From: Eledone cirrhosa
Taxonomy: Eukaryota
Assembly: GCA_964016885.1 (NCBI GenBank)
Contig: OZ024743.1
Coordinates: forward strand, 350,858,001-350,922,000
Length of the DNA: 64,000 bases
Direction of reading: 5' to 3'
The position numbers and the translations under genes are program-made. This document shows, piece after piece, positions 1 through 13,243 of the stretch. The notes under the pieces were generated by a model, which made no database searches, was not told where the DNA came from, and saw nothing but the letters and a program-made list of their open reading frames with translations. The first letter of the stretch is position 1. Each line of letters opens with the position of its first letter.

Positions 1-260
1 GACTGCATATGTACGCGCGTGTATATGTACGTGTGTACATATATGGGTCCGTATATGTGTGTGTATGTATATACATCTGTGTAAAAAATATATGTGTATA
101 TATATATATATATATATACATATATGTGTGTGTGATCGTGTATGTGTATATATGTGGGTACCTTATGTGTACGTGGGTGCCTATATCTATGTATGAATAT
201 AATTATATATGAGAGATGAATATATGTATGTACATGTGTGAACGCAAACATACAGCCTCT

Positions 261-399
<139 letters not shown>

Positions 400-489
400 T
401 GTGTGTGTCCGCACAGATAAGTGTGCGATTAACGGCTAGGAATGTCTTATGTATGTGTGACCACACGTGTGTGGGTGTATGTGTGTGGA

Positions 490-965
490 GGGACGGGCAA
501 GCCAGGGAGTGACAGAAGAGGTCATAAAACCTCTCATACACTTAGCAGTAATTTCTGGCGACGGGATTAGGGTGAGTGACAGCTCACGCCTGAATGGAAA
601 TGGTCAGTGGGCAAATTTGAATGGCCAAACGCTAAGATGACGTCCCGAACTACCAACCAATCGGAGTATAGCGCAAACAGGATGAAGGCAGATGATAGAA
701 ATTCGAAGGGCAGAGTCCAGCAGAAAGAGGATTTGCTTCGAAATCACTAGACCTATCTGAGGAACTTGCGAATCCAGAGTCAGGTTCGATCGACAAACAG
801 ACCGCACCTCGAGCTGTTCTCCGGAGAAACATTTGTAATACGTAATAAATTTGTGTTCCGATGCATCACTGATTCTTCGTTTTCCATATTATCATACTCT
901 GCTCCGAAGGACATAGCGTATTCAACCGGCATACCGCCTATGGGCGCATCCAAGCAACCTTACCA
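490..965 (-). mobile_element. Possible decayed Ty3/Gypsy gag-protease junction
   Basis: KQILFLLDSA..ISII resembles a retropepsin FLxDT/SG motif. Upstream CAHRRYAG resembles the gag CWYH.RFG knuckle. Heavily degraded. Confidence 0.3.
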
Positions 966-1015
966 CAAATATATATATATATACATACATATATATATAT
1001 ACATACATATATATA

Positions 1016-1047
<32 letters not shown>

Positions 1048-1048
1048 T

Positions 1049-1101
<53 letters not shown>

Positions 1102-1103
1102 AT

Positions 1104-1172
<69 letters not shown>

Positions 1173-1174
1173 AT

Positions 1175-1237
<63 letters not shown>

Positions 1238-3860
1238 TGTGAATTTGTTTATAGATTATCACGTGATGCATCTGAATGACTAACTCTCAGAGATTCATTT
1301 CATGGAAAATACAAATAACTATTTATTAGCAGCTGTTACTAATAAACAGCATCACAGAAGATTCGAAGGACCTGATTGAGATTTTTAAAAAATGTATATC
1401 AGTTTATTTCAGTCAAGAGATGAGATATTTATGCAGATTATCTCTAATACTATCTTACCCAGAGGCCATATGTTATTATAAAATTGTCCAATCAGCGTAT
1501 TAATATGCAGCCGCATTAGACGGAGTTTTCGAATATATGTTTCGAAGAATACCATTTGAACAAACTACTTTATTTAACGTTATACCTTTAGTATCTGCAA
1601 AGCGTCATCTCTCTTTTGTTTGTTTGTTTTATCTCTCAACACTCACGGACTTCATGCTTGTTTCTATTATGGGCATAGTTTTGATCTAACCATCTGTATA
1701 TCTAGGGAGTATATATGAATAATCTATATCGAGTCAACTTAAACATGCCGTTATTCGTTAAGTTAAACATGGCATTTTTATCTGGACAACAGTGCAAATA
1801 TTTTTCTCTAAATCTACTGATTGTATATTGTCCAGTCAAAATGTACACACTTTATCTTTTAGAAATATACATGTCATCTAATGTCATCTATACTCAGATA
1901 CATTGTAGCTGTTTTGTAAACATTTAAATCTTGTGTGTTCATCAAAAGTGTCTATCCCTCTGCAAACTACATGCTGTATGTGTGTATATGCAGTAAATAT
2001 CTAGAAATCGTAGCCATACAGAAAACATCTACATATTACTGAGCATCTATACATTGTATTTTTGCAGTTAACCATCTATAGCCATTATATATCCATTAAG
2101 AATGTATTGGATGTCAACATCTTTAGGTTATATTTATTTAGGATTCAACTTATTCCCCTCGGCTAGTTACAAGTTATCTCATGTATCAGAGACTCAAATG
2201 CATTGAATCACGTCTTACTGATTTTAATAGGCATTTATCAAACTATTTTCTACGTGTGTATAGCTTTTGTATGCTTCAGGATCTTTATGCATATATCATC
2301 ATATTTAATATTGCGCACACTCTCCATCACATAAACTGATATGTGCATCGGCGTGTATTATGATTTATATCCTAAGCATATACGTCTATCTATACATAGT
2401 AAATAGAAAACTTTTACTAGTTGTGCACTTTGTTTTATATACGATGGCAACATGTCACATATTCTTATTAATAACATCGTTATTAGTAGCTTATTGTTCT
2501 AAAACAAAAATTTGGAAAACTGAGTAAGCGAATGCCTTGATTTTCGCCAACATAATACCGAATAATACAGAATTATAGAAACTGATGCGAGTATACACCC
2601 AATAAATCTCTGTTTTAGTAGGAGAACGTTTCGTTTGCGGCTGTTAAAGTTTCATTTTTGTAAATGAGCCAATTTCATAGTTCGTTCTATCTTCTTACCT
2701 TATCCTGCTGTTGAAGGAACATAAGTTGTTGATATTTGCAAGTTTCCCACAGAGAGAATCCACTTAACTGGTGTACCAAATATTCTAGACATTGGGTCCA
2801 AAGTTATATACTTATAATTGTCTTTAATATTCATTTCTCAATCAATTTTCTACTTATATACGTCCTTCACGTGTGGTTCAAACTTTATACAAAAGTAATA
2901 GTATTTTTAGTATTACGTATTAAATATACTAACATATGCACCGAAACTGATTTTGATATTAGAATACATATTCATCTCTCTCCCCCTAGCTCCATTTATA
3001 TATATATATATATATATGAATAAAGTTAGTCCTTCATCAGTGATCTTCCAACCATCATTGGTATTTCATCGCTTTAAAGACCATATACCTCCGGTTGGTG
3101 CGAGCAACAGCTAAAAAAAGTCGTTGGGACACGTAATTAAAGGGGACGCGAGTGTAAACAAACAAAATGGTGAAGCAACAGAAAGTGAGGAAGAAGGAGT
3201 CAAGTCCCAAATTTCTATGAATTTAAATTCGGTGAAATCGTGAACGAGAGAGAATAAAGACCATCAAACCTGGTTGAAATGTGAGCAAGGAAGGAATTTC
3301 GCACAGGTCTAACGGGAGGAAGAAGGGGTCTAGTCTGTGAATTCGGTAAACATAAGTTCTGTGAAATCGTAGACGAGAGAGAGAAAAAATGCCAACCAGC
3401 CTGACCAAGCGTGCGAAAGAAAAGAATTACGCACAGGTCAAACGGGAAGAAGGAGGAGGAGGAGAGGTAGTAACAGAGAATGAGTGAGTGAAGGGTGAGG
3501 AAGAGGCTAACAGAGAGAGTGACTGCTAGAGAGGGTAAAGATACAGAGAAAGAGGAAGCAGTAAGAACGGAATAGACGGGTCACAGCGGGGAAAAAAATA
3601 TGTGTAAATATGAGAAAAACGTGCTGCGGTAGTCCTTCATCAATATATATATATTATATATATATATAAGTTAAAACAATGAAATAAAAAATCAAGTCAT
3701 TAGAGATATACTTCACTGATCGTTTCTAGATGGTGATAATACATTGTATCTATACTCAGTTATTGATCTATGTAAGTTTACAAACTATCAGATAGAGAGA
3801 ATATTTACTTACATGCATATCACCAGCTGTTTTCATACAGTGGATACCTCTGTGTATGTG

Positions 3861-3947
<87 letters not shown>

Positions 3948-3958
3948 GTATATATATG

Positions 3959-3994
<36 letters not shown>

Positions 3995-4422
3995 TGTATG
4001 TATGTATGTGTGTATGTATGCGTGTATGTGCATGTGTGCGTGTGCGTGTGCGTGTGCGTGTGCGTGTGCGTGTGCGTGTGCGTGTGTGTGTGTGTGTGTG
4101 ACCGGCACTGCGAAACACCTAAAAACATGTATACAGTGGAACAAGAACGTATATCCACAAATTGGTCCAAACAATTCTCAATTAGTTCTCATGAGAATCT
4201 CGTAGAACCTGCGTCAAACCAAAAGAATTATCTATCTATCTATAAGAAATATATCTATTTATTTCTATCTACACGTCTAGTTAATTATCTATTTATGTAT
4301 ATTTATCTTTGGACAACAACAAAAATAAAAAAAACTACAAAACTGGGATCACAACCGACGATTCTAGATATATAGATAAGCAGACAGACAGACATACCGT
4401 ATATATATATAGAGAGACCGAG

Positions 4423-4612
4423 ATAGATAGATAGATAGATAGATAGATATGTTTCTTTTATTTGCCACCAGGGCATCAAAAGTGGGACAAGTACAATGGG
4501 GGGGGGGGGGGGAGTTTACAAAACAAGGCGTCCTCAATAAGGAGGAGGCAATAACAATATATAAAAATAAAATAAAATATAACAAAAAATAAAATTTATA
4601 ACAAAGTCCTCA
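4423..4612 (-). mobile_element. 3' tail fragment of the same Tx1-like family, inserted in (ATAG)n
   Basis: Reverse complement ...GCCCTGGTGGCAAATAAAAGAAAC followed by (ATCT)n. (ATAG)n on both sides. Confidence 0.6.
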
Positions 4613-4650
<38 letters not shown>

Positions 4651-4909
4651 GAATAAGTAGAACAAAGTCATAGTAATTTAGTGGTTATATGTTTGATAAT
4701 GATTTTAAAAATACAGAAGGAAATTATTGTCATTGATTTAAATGAATTTAAATGAAAATACGGCAAAGCCCGGAGTATCAAAAGGGAGAAATGTAACAAA
4801 GATTCAAGTATCTTTGCATAGAATGTTGTAATCAAGGAAGTATCAAATTAATATTTCTTACTATAACCCTCGTCATTTTTACGGGTACTACACACACACA
4901 CACACATCA

Positions 4910-4948
<39 letters not shown>

Positions 4949-4978
4949 CATATATATACCTACCTAAATATATGCATA

Positions 4979-5059
<81 letters not shown>

Positions 5060-5672
5060 GTATATATATATATGTGTGTGTGTGTATGTATGTATGTATA
5101 TATACAAATATATAACATGCTGAACAGCATCCCTGTAATTTACACCTACAACTTGTTTACCTCTTTATCTGTCGAACGGGGTATATATAGTTTATACGAC
5201 AGTCACATATATATCAAAAACATATTTTTTATCTATTTGTTGCTGTAAATACTTTACGACAGCAACATCATAGGACCAAAATTAACAACCATATGTTTTT
5301 TCCTTATTATTTTAAGTATAACCCTTCTTCTATTTACGAGACCAAAAATAAAAAAAACACCACCGACACCGAGTCGTTCTCGTGTGAGAAGAATAGAATT
5401 TCATGTTACAGCATCATCGAATCTTCCGGCCTCTTTACTACTCGTTTAATCAAAATAGCTAACACTCGTTCGTCTCGCCTGTTTGCCAGCCCTGACACTT
5501 CATGTGGGGCTGCCTGCCACATCTTTGATTTTTTTCACTAAACATAGATTGTCAGTGGTTCATTATCTACGCGCACACATAAAATAGTGAAGTAAGTGTT
5601 AACATGCTGATTTCGGGAAACATTAAAAAGCGTATTTATACACACACACACACGCACACACACACATATATA

Positions 5673-6030
5673 AATGTATGTATAGTATATTTGGCAATAT
5701 ACCGTATGTTTAATTAAAAACATTTAGAAGACCATACGCTATCAGTTTTAAAGTAGTGGCTATGTCACTTACTTCTTTTCGGTGAAAGAAGGGAGAGAAG
5801 CTGACAGTCTGTTTCACGCTGGTTGGCTTCCATGAGAGCCACGCATTCCCCTGCTTCTGCCGAAAATTATAGAAGCTGGATTCTTATACAATTCCAGTAA
5901 TAATCAGGAGCTGATTATACAGAGCGATTGCTGGTCCAGCAAAAATTAGGTATTATACCATATGTTTAATTAAAAAAAATGCTTTTAATTAAACATACGG
6001 TATATTGCCAAATATACTATACATACATTC
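5673..6030. repeat. Element with ~55-bp inverted ends (5673-5725 vs 5977-6030)
   Basis: Near-perfect inverted arms. Reverse complement GAAACAGACUGUC HHR-like 3' half at ~5802-5815. Confidence 0.55.
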
Positions 6031-6132
6031 ATGTATAGATCACTATTTCAGAACACCAATCCTACTATATATATATATATATATATATATACGATAGTAA
6101 ACAAATGGAAACTATATTTATAAAACCATATT

Positions 6133-6198
6133 TATTTCATTATACATATTTCAGGGATACCATATTAAAAATATGGCATGCCTTCGTCAGATAAAATA
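6133..6198 (-). ncRNA. Inverted copy of the 6615-6680 hammerhead
   Basis: Exact reverse complement. Confidence 0.83.
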
Positions 6199-6614
6199 CA
6201 ATATATAAACTGTTTTATAAATAATTTTGACGTACCATAAATATAAGCGACCATTTTTTTTTCTTTCTCTCCGTCTCTTCTCTAACTGTGCATAACACTA
6301 TAACTAAATCATTACCGTACTCCCTCTCTCTTAAATCTCTCTATGTGTATGGTGAATTATTATTATTCATCTGTTGACTTCGGTTGCTTCTCTTTTTTCA
6401 CCTCCTCCTTCTTTCTCTCTCCCCTATTTTTCCCTCTATTTCTCTCTGTTTTTCTTTACATACATTTCTTCTTTCTCTCCGTCTTTCTTTCTAACTGTGC
6501 TTAACACTATAAATAAATAATTATAAACCCCTCACTACCAAGCCAGCTTCCTACCTTAATGGTCGCTTATATTTATGGTACGTCAAAATTATTTATAAAA
6601 CAGTTTATATATTG

Positions 6615-6680
6615 TATTTTATCTGACGAAGGCATGCCATATTTTTAATATGGTATCCCTGAAATATGTATAATGAAATA
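6615..6680 (+). ncRNA. Minimal type I hammerhead ribozyme
   Basis: UAUUUUAU-CUGACGA-AGGCAUGCCAUA-uuuuuaa-UAUGGUAUCCCU-GAAA-UAUGUA-UA-AUGAAAUA. Stem I 8 bp, stem II 11 of 12 pairs. Confidence 0.85.
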
Positions 6681-6808
6681 AATATGGTTTTATAAATATA
6701 GTTTCCATTTGTTTACTATCGTATATCTACTCCAAAAACTTGTCGAGTGCTTTATATCGGTTATAAAATATTTACTTGTTGTAACCCAACAATTTAAAAT
6801 AAAACTTT

Positions 6809-6850
<42 letters not shown>

Positions 6851-6853
<3 letters not shown>

Positions 6854-7110
6854 ATGGAGTGTAACGTGAAGTTACTGTAGGTTCACCGAGGCGACCACTC
6901 GATGTTTAGGTTCACCTCAGTGGCGAGGTGTAGAGCTAGACAGAGTGTAATATAACAATGCATTCAGTCTGTCATTACTACAGCGGGGGTATGACGAGCT
7001 TTTGATTCCACAGTCGAGCCAGGTCGATACAGATCGAGCCTTGAGCTGATCAATAGCGAAACACGTGCCACCAATCAATAAACGTAATGAAGGCTTACCA
7101 AATCATCCTT
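6851..7110 (+). mobile_element. Dispersed repeat with a decayed long-stem-II hammerhead (~6985-7073). Second copy on - at ~34730-34913.
   Basis: Clear homology to the reverse complement of 34742-34913. GGU-(a)UGACGA-GCUUUUGAU...AUCAAUAGC-GAAA-CACGUG-(c)C-ACC. The 34.8 kb copy retains CUGACGA. Confidence 0.65.
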
Positions 7111-7111
7111 G

Positions 7112-7149
<38 letters not shown>

Positions 7150-7153
<4 letters not shown>

Positions 7154-8177
7154 TTTCTGAATTTGTTTAGCAAGATTCTTTATCTGGAAACGTGTGTTGA
7201 AACCGATATTGTTATACTTTGGGAGGGTCATGTTGCCAATAAGAAACACACGCACCACTTACTTTCACTTCAATTTATTATAATAAATTTATAAATTTAG
7301 GAATTTATAAATTTCCGGTTGGTTGGTTGGTATTATATATTAAGATAGTAGAAAGACCAGGTACCTCCATAAAAACACTTATGAGCAATACATACCCTTT
7401 CCAAAGACCTCCTGTATAGATAAGAAATGTATAATCTGTAAATTAAGCCCCCATATTAACTGTAAAACTAGAAATGTAGTATATAGCATAAGATGTACTG
7501 AAGGACAATGTAGAGATAAGAATATAGTGTACATAGGTGAGACAGCTCGTAGTATAGGGGAACGGAGAAATGAACACTGGCGAGACCTTCAAGATAGTAA
7601 AGAATCATCTGTACTCTACCAACATGCTAAAATAGAACATAAGGGTAAATTAGAGACCATAGAAATAAAAATAGAATCTACACACAGAAAAGACGCAATG
7701 TTTAGACAAATCACAGAGGCAATAAACATAAATGAACTCCAACCAAAATTAAATAGAAAACATGAATGGAACAGCAACATCACAACTTACAATTAAGGAC
7801 AAAATGAAAACACACACGCACATAGAACAAACAACCAACCAGTAACATGTAAATAAACAAATAAATAAACAAAACACACAGACACCCGGATGTAACACAT
7901 GCGCAAACTAACCACACAACACACACAAAAACAAGATGGCATAGGACAGAACAAAGGAGAGGCACAAAAACAAAGAAAAGAATCCCCAGTCACTGAAGAG
8001 GTTACAGAATGTGTGACGAAGAACTTTGACAATATATAAACAATCATCTGGTTGTGGAACCAACCAACCAACCGGAAATTTATAAATTCCTAAATTTATA
8101 AATTCATTATAATAAATTGAAGTGAAAGCAACTGGTGCGTGTGTTTCTTATTGGCAACATGACCCTCCCAAAGTATT

Positions 8178-8184
<7 letters not shown>
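7150..8184 (+). mobile_element. 5'-truncated Penelope-like element D (GIY-YIG fragment) with inverted ends (7205-7331 vs 8058-8184)
   Basis: Inverted repeat, GIY-YIG coding remnant, (TA)n flanks. Possible decayed HHR (GUCA-CUGAAGA...GAA...UGAC) at ~7989-8031. Confidence 0.8.
7400..7796 (+). pseudogene. GIY-YIG endonuclease domain remnant of a PLE
   Basis: NCKTRNVVYSIRC...YIGETARSIGERRNEH...SVLYQH...RQITEA..I....P.LNRK.EW. Confidence 0.85.
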
Positions 8185-8214
<30 letters not shown>

Positions 8215-8399
8215 GTGTGTGTGTGTTCGTGTGTGTATACATTATATATAGTTGCACATGCGATTACAAACAAATGAAAAGAGCAATCAACATGTATTGT
8301 GGAATGGGAGAATATTTGTTTTAAGTTTGCTTAACGGCGCAAATACCAGTGATTTCGTAGATGTAAACACACCAAGCTGTTTAGATGTGTTCTGGAAAT

Positions 8400-10560
8400 A
8401 ATAATTATTATTATTTCTTTGTTGGCCACTAGGGTCGAAATATAAAGGACAATACTAAAACAGGGACATTTACATAAAATAAGTAAACAATAGAGAACGG
8501 TAGCAATTAACAACAATTAATAACAGAAAAATTCCCCAATAGTGAGGGCGGGGTATCCTGTGTAAACGTAGGAACTCCAGAGATCCTAATCACCCTAATC
8601 GCAAAGAGCATCATCGGGACGTGCCTCACAACAGTCTACAGGCACATTGCCTGATAGGCCTGTTCACTCGAGGCATCCCCAGTACATTCACCCACCTTTT
8701 AACAAATAAACTTTTCTTGGCCGAAGAGGAACGTGTCTGTCTTCAATCTTTACAAGCGTGTCCACCACACAACCTCTTTCCCTAGAGCCACCAGACCGAT
8801 AAATACTGCCTACCCTTCCTGACCCCCCCCCCCAAAGGCGGCGGGGTGATTCTCGCGGTGGCGTCGGTTGATAACCGGATCCGTCCTACAAGCGATAATA
8901 GCCGATCGATAAAACTCTACAAATGAGTAATATTTGGGCACTAGACAAGTGCGTATGGAAATATTTCATCGCTCTGCGTGCACCGCGGGCAGCACCTTCG
9001 TGCCAGGAGAGTTTGTCTCGAAATGGCAGTGTTCCACAGTAAATCTGCCCAGTCAGACAGGTTAGTTCGATTTCGTCGACGCCCAAAGACTCTCCAAGAC
9101 GATGTCGTACTTGCCCACCTCTAGTTCTCTATAGAACGCTAAAGTGGAATTTCGACTGATCACATTGTCGAATTGGCAGAGGGCTGTGAACGCCTGATAA
9201 CATTCCAGATGCCAGGCAACCAACCTCAGTCTTTGTTTGATACACGACAGCAGCTTAGTCAAAGAGACGAACAGCAGAAAGACCTTTCTCACAAACGGCG
9301 ACCACATCTGTCCACCGTTTAGGAATATTTGAAGGTGCTGTAGCCTCAGCGCATGTTTGCGCATCATCAACCATGGCATGCCTATCCCCCCGCGTAGATG
9401 GTGCTGGCTGCTGATGGACCGTCTCATCAATAATCTGTTACTTCCTCATGAAGGAGGAAAGTGGCCACCCATCTCGTTACCCCTCCCAGTCTTTATCCAC
9501 CTGGAGGTCTGGCCCAAACCTCCTCTAAGAAGTTTCCGACCACCAGGATTTCCGACGTGTTCGACACCATCACCGTGACGTGGTCTGCATATGCCGACGC
9601 AGCTACTCCACGTCCCGGTTCGAGCGGGACGTCCTGCAACATATCCTGGTACCGCAGTTGTGGCTTGAAAATTAATACATATGGAGGCGAAGATAGAGGG
9701 CATCTTTCATGAACCGAGAGCACGTGATTTGGAACGGTTCCGGTATGTAGATGTAGGTATTTACTTTGACTACCGAGCAAGTGCCCCTGTGCAATGCAGC
9801 GAACCAGTTTCGGTCCCAGATGACGGAACCGAAACCTTGAAGACAGCCTCCAGGTATCTATGGTCGAGCCTATCGAAAGCTTTAGATTGTTCCATATTGA
9901 ACAGAGCCTCACCGAAGCCAGGTTTACTCTCAACCCTCTCTATGATGTATCGCATACGGTGGAGATTGTCAAGTATCGACCTGGTCGTAATTGCGCACGT
10001 CTGCGCCTTCTCTATTAGACACTCGACGACAAGCGCCAACCTCTTTGCTTACACCTTGACCAAAATCTTTTATTATGGGCCTGAAATTGTTTAAATTATT
10101 CCCTTTGTTCTCGTCTTTCCTCATCAGCGTTATTACGTCTCAAATCACAGCACTGGAAATGTTCCCCTTCTGCTGCCAGTTGCAGTAGACAGCTTCAAGG
10201 ACGTCGATGAACAAGTATGGCATGTCTACATAAAACTCATAGGGCAAACCACCCAAACCTGGTGGCATGTATCTCCTATAGCCAGCCAAGGCTTCCCATT
10301 CTCGGCGTCTGTTGTTATCTTTTCGCAGCACTCCATATCAGTCAGCGAGAGTCGTGACAGGCTGCTAAGGTAGTAACTGTAGTCCGCTAACGGTTCCACC
10401 TCCCCCACTCGACCCGAACATTCACACAAAGTGCTGCCGAAATGCCGCACACGTTTGATTGGAATCAAGCAGCACGTAGCACGTGCCCCTCTCAGTCCGC
10501 CAAAGACCTAAATGTGGCTTTGTTGCTGCGCTGCGCCTCTGCCACTCAGGTTAATTGAAC
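8400..10560 (-). mobile_element. Decayed Tx1/L1-clade LINE (RT and 3' end)
   Basis: QTCAITTRSILDNLH..RYII, MEQSKAFDRLDHRYL, CPLSSPPYVL, SAYADHVT, PGLGGLPYEFY. 3' end GTGGCCAACAAAGAAAT(AAT)n. Confidence 0.85.
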
Positions 10561-10873
10561 AGCTTTCGTTCATTAGTTTCTTAGAGCACGCGGCTTGACG
10601 GAGTAAATGTAGAATAAGGAAAATGCTAAGTTCTGTGTAGATGTTAAAAAATCATTTATTAACAAGCAATGAACTTACCTTAATATAGGACCTTTTAACA
10701 TCCACATCGAACTTTGCATTTTCCTTATTCTACATATACTCCGTCACTGACAAATCATATTCGGAAGAAAACACATGACGTTGAGTGCTTAAAGTGAATT
10801 GCATCATTATTCACTGATTGGTGTGTTACATACACAACCCCGATTAATAAACATGTTTACCGTAAGTACACAG

Positions 10874-10936
<63 letters not shown>

Positions 10937-10942
10937 TACATA

Positions 10943-11553
10943 CATGGTGGCTGCCAACTCGTTTTCGAGTACGGCCACTACTTTATATCCATGTAGGAGA
11001 ACCCCTACCGATGCGCTGAACGAGTGTGACTTTTTAGTCCAGCCAGCGACTTGAAAACTCTGGTACAAACACTACACTTGTGACAATTATTGACACATAG
11101 TGCTGGGCCCATGGTACCATGTGACGACAAGTGCAGAGAGATCTCCAGATATAAAGCAATGCCTGTGCTGTGAAGCTTTTATAGTGAGCAAAGGCACTGC
11201 ACAAAGCCAGTCCCACTCTCTTAACCAAGATGATATTTACCAAAAAGAAGAACAAGTCAACATCATTGGATACCATCAGGGTTGCAGGTGTTATAACAGA
11301 GTTTTTCTTCTCCTAGAATTCTGCCTTGATAAAGGCTAAGGGGTCATCTCTCCCGGTGATTTTGGATGGCCATTGACTCTTAAGAGCTCCTTTGCCCTTT
11401 GACAGGTTTTGTTTTTAGTCCTGCAGGATGTCCAAAGTCACCTTCCTCACCAAGAAACCTTGGTGGGGTTGCCAGTTTAGTCGCCAACGACCCGACCATG
11501 AGACAGGTTGTACTGGGATACATGTTACCAGTAGCACCAACTGGTGACCTGAC
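10943..11553. repeat. Dispersed repeat flanked by (TACA)n, partly repeated at 51170-51205 and 51398-51505
   Basis: Shared GATGGCTG..CTCGTT.TCGAGTA and GCAATGCCTGTGC..GAAG...AGTGAG...TGCAC..AGCCA.TC.CACTCTCT. Confidence 0.5.
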
Positions 11554-11695
11554 ACATACATACATACATACATATATATTTTTTAGTCGATCAACTTTCG
11601 TCAAATCGGACCGAGGAAACAATGTTTCCGCTGGTCTTTCCAATTGCTAATACTATCTATCCGTCGCAACTCCAGGTAGAAGGAGCAACGTGACA

Positions 11696-11848
11696 GGCGA
11701 ATTGGCAGAGTCGTTTAGACGTCGGATAGAATGCTTTACGATATTCGTCCCACCTCTTTGCTCTCTGAGTTCAAACCCCGCCGAGGTCAACTTTGCCTTT
11801 CACCCTTTCGAGGTCGATAAAAATAGTACCAGTCCAGTACTGAGGTCG
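11696..11848 (+). mobile_element. tRNA-derived SINE (resembles octopus OR/OK-type SINEs)
   Basis: GGCGAATTGGCAGAGTCG A-box, GAGTTCAAACCCC B-box, body GAGGTCAACTTTGCCTTTCA.CCTT.CG.GGTCGATAAAA..AGTACCAG recurring through the window. Confidence 0.8.
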
Positions 11849-11887
<39 letters not shown>

Positions 11888-11906
11888 CGTGCGCGCGCGT
11901 GCGTGC

Positions 11907-11966
<60 letters not shown>

Positions 11967-12501
11967 AATTTAAGCCCAAACTCACTTTTTTTGTGAGGGG
12001 ATACGAGTCAAATTGGCTAAAAAAAATTAAATTTAACATATATAATGCCCCAACCATGGTTTCTGAATCTCAAGATAGTGTAGCGGGAATTCCAAGACAT
12101 TAGAATAACCAATGCTGGAAGAATTGAATTTTCTTCATCGGGAGAGGAATTCTTCATAAGAATAAGAGGACAAGCTGGAAAATCATCATACATACCAATT
12201 CACTCCTTATAAGTGAACAAGAGGTGTCATTGAATTGCTGTATGATTATATTCCACCCATAGGGACAAGCTGAATATATATGATATAATACATACCATGT
12301 ATAAACGACATGGGGAAGCAGCATGATGCAACATTGAAATTCTGTATGAAATTTTTCTACTCAGTGTATCAGGACAATACGATGGGCTTCTATCGACGCT
12401 AAAAATAGCAGCCAAAAATCCCGTCTATATCAGCTCAAACAATGAAAGACCAGTCATTATTAATTTATAACTTTACAAATTTAACTGGCTCTAATCTAGT
12501 T

Positions 12502-12532
<31 letters not shown>

Positions 12533-12851
12533 CAGATATATGCAGATTATTCTACATATACATATATATATATATATATATAAAGAAAAAAAAGATGAAA
12601 TCGAAAATGCAACTGGAGTCTTATTTTTAAAAATATATATATATTTATTTGGTTCCTTTACCGGTTTCGCAGTTCTTCTGCTTTTCCAAAGTAGAGTTGA
12701 GATATACATACATGCACATATATATATATGTACGTATGGATTCACCGAACATTTATTATAATGCTCGGTGTGTTTGTAAACAAACATCCCGAATTGAGCC
12801 GTACAGTGTCAAGCAACCATCGTTGCTCATTTGTTCAACACTGACAAAGGA

Positions 12852-12894
12852 ACGCTGTACTAGTTTCAAGCTTACTAGCTATCGTCAGCAACGT
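12852..12894 (-). ncRNA. Minimal type I hammerhead ribozyme
   Basis: Reverse complement reads ACGUUG-CUGACGA-U.AGCU-agua-AGCU.U-GAAA-CUAG-UA-CAGCGU. Stem I is altered relative to the array but still pairs. Confidence 0.88.
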
Positions 12895-13204
12895 ATACCT
12901 TCCTGCCAGATGATTGAACGTCTGAAAGTATATACTTTCCTTATGCATATTAACGGCTGAGCAGCCTAATTTGCATATCGAGTGAGTTAATCGGCCGGGC
13001 GCATCGAAAAACGGTGAATCCATACGTACATATATATATATGTGTGCATGTATGTATATTTATATACATACTACTGTACGTCTGTATACATATATATATG
13101 TATGTATGTATACATACTTATATTTAAGTAACAGCCGTACTAACAGTGAGAAATGAAATTTCGTTTCATTTTTTCCGTTTATCGTTTTCGGTGCGCCCGG
13201 CCGA

Positions 13205-13243
13205 TTGCTGACGATAGCTAATAAGCTTGAAACTAGTACAGCG
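13205..13243 (+). ncRNA. Minimal hammerhead ribozyme, stem I shortened by an upstream deletion
   Basis: UUG-CUGACGA-UAGCUAAUAAGCUU-GAAA-CUAG-UA-CAG. Confidence 0.7.

Larger units (their letters stand above)
6091..6810 (+). mobile_element. Non-coding PLE pLTR-derived element with a 165-bp inverted repeat (6091-6255 vs 6558-6723)
   Basis: Perfect inverted arms, pyrimidine-rich interior, (TA)n flanks, HHR in both arms. Confidence 0.8.

Noticed and set aside
3018-3642. CUGAUGA-AGGAC on - at ~3028-3042 in a TA-flanked element
   Set aside because: Only the 5' half of a possible HHR, with no GAAA or stem III. Not callable.
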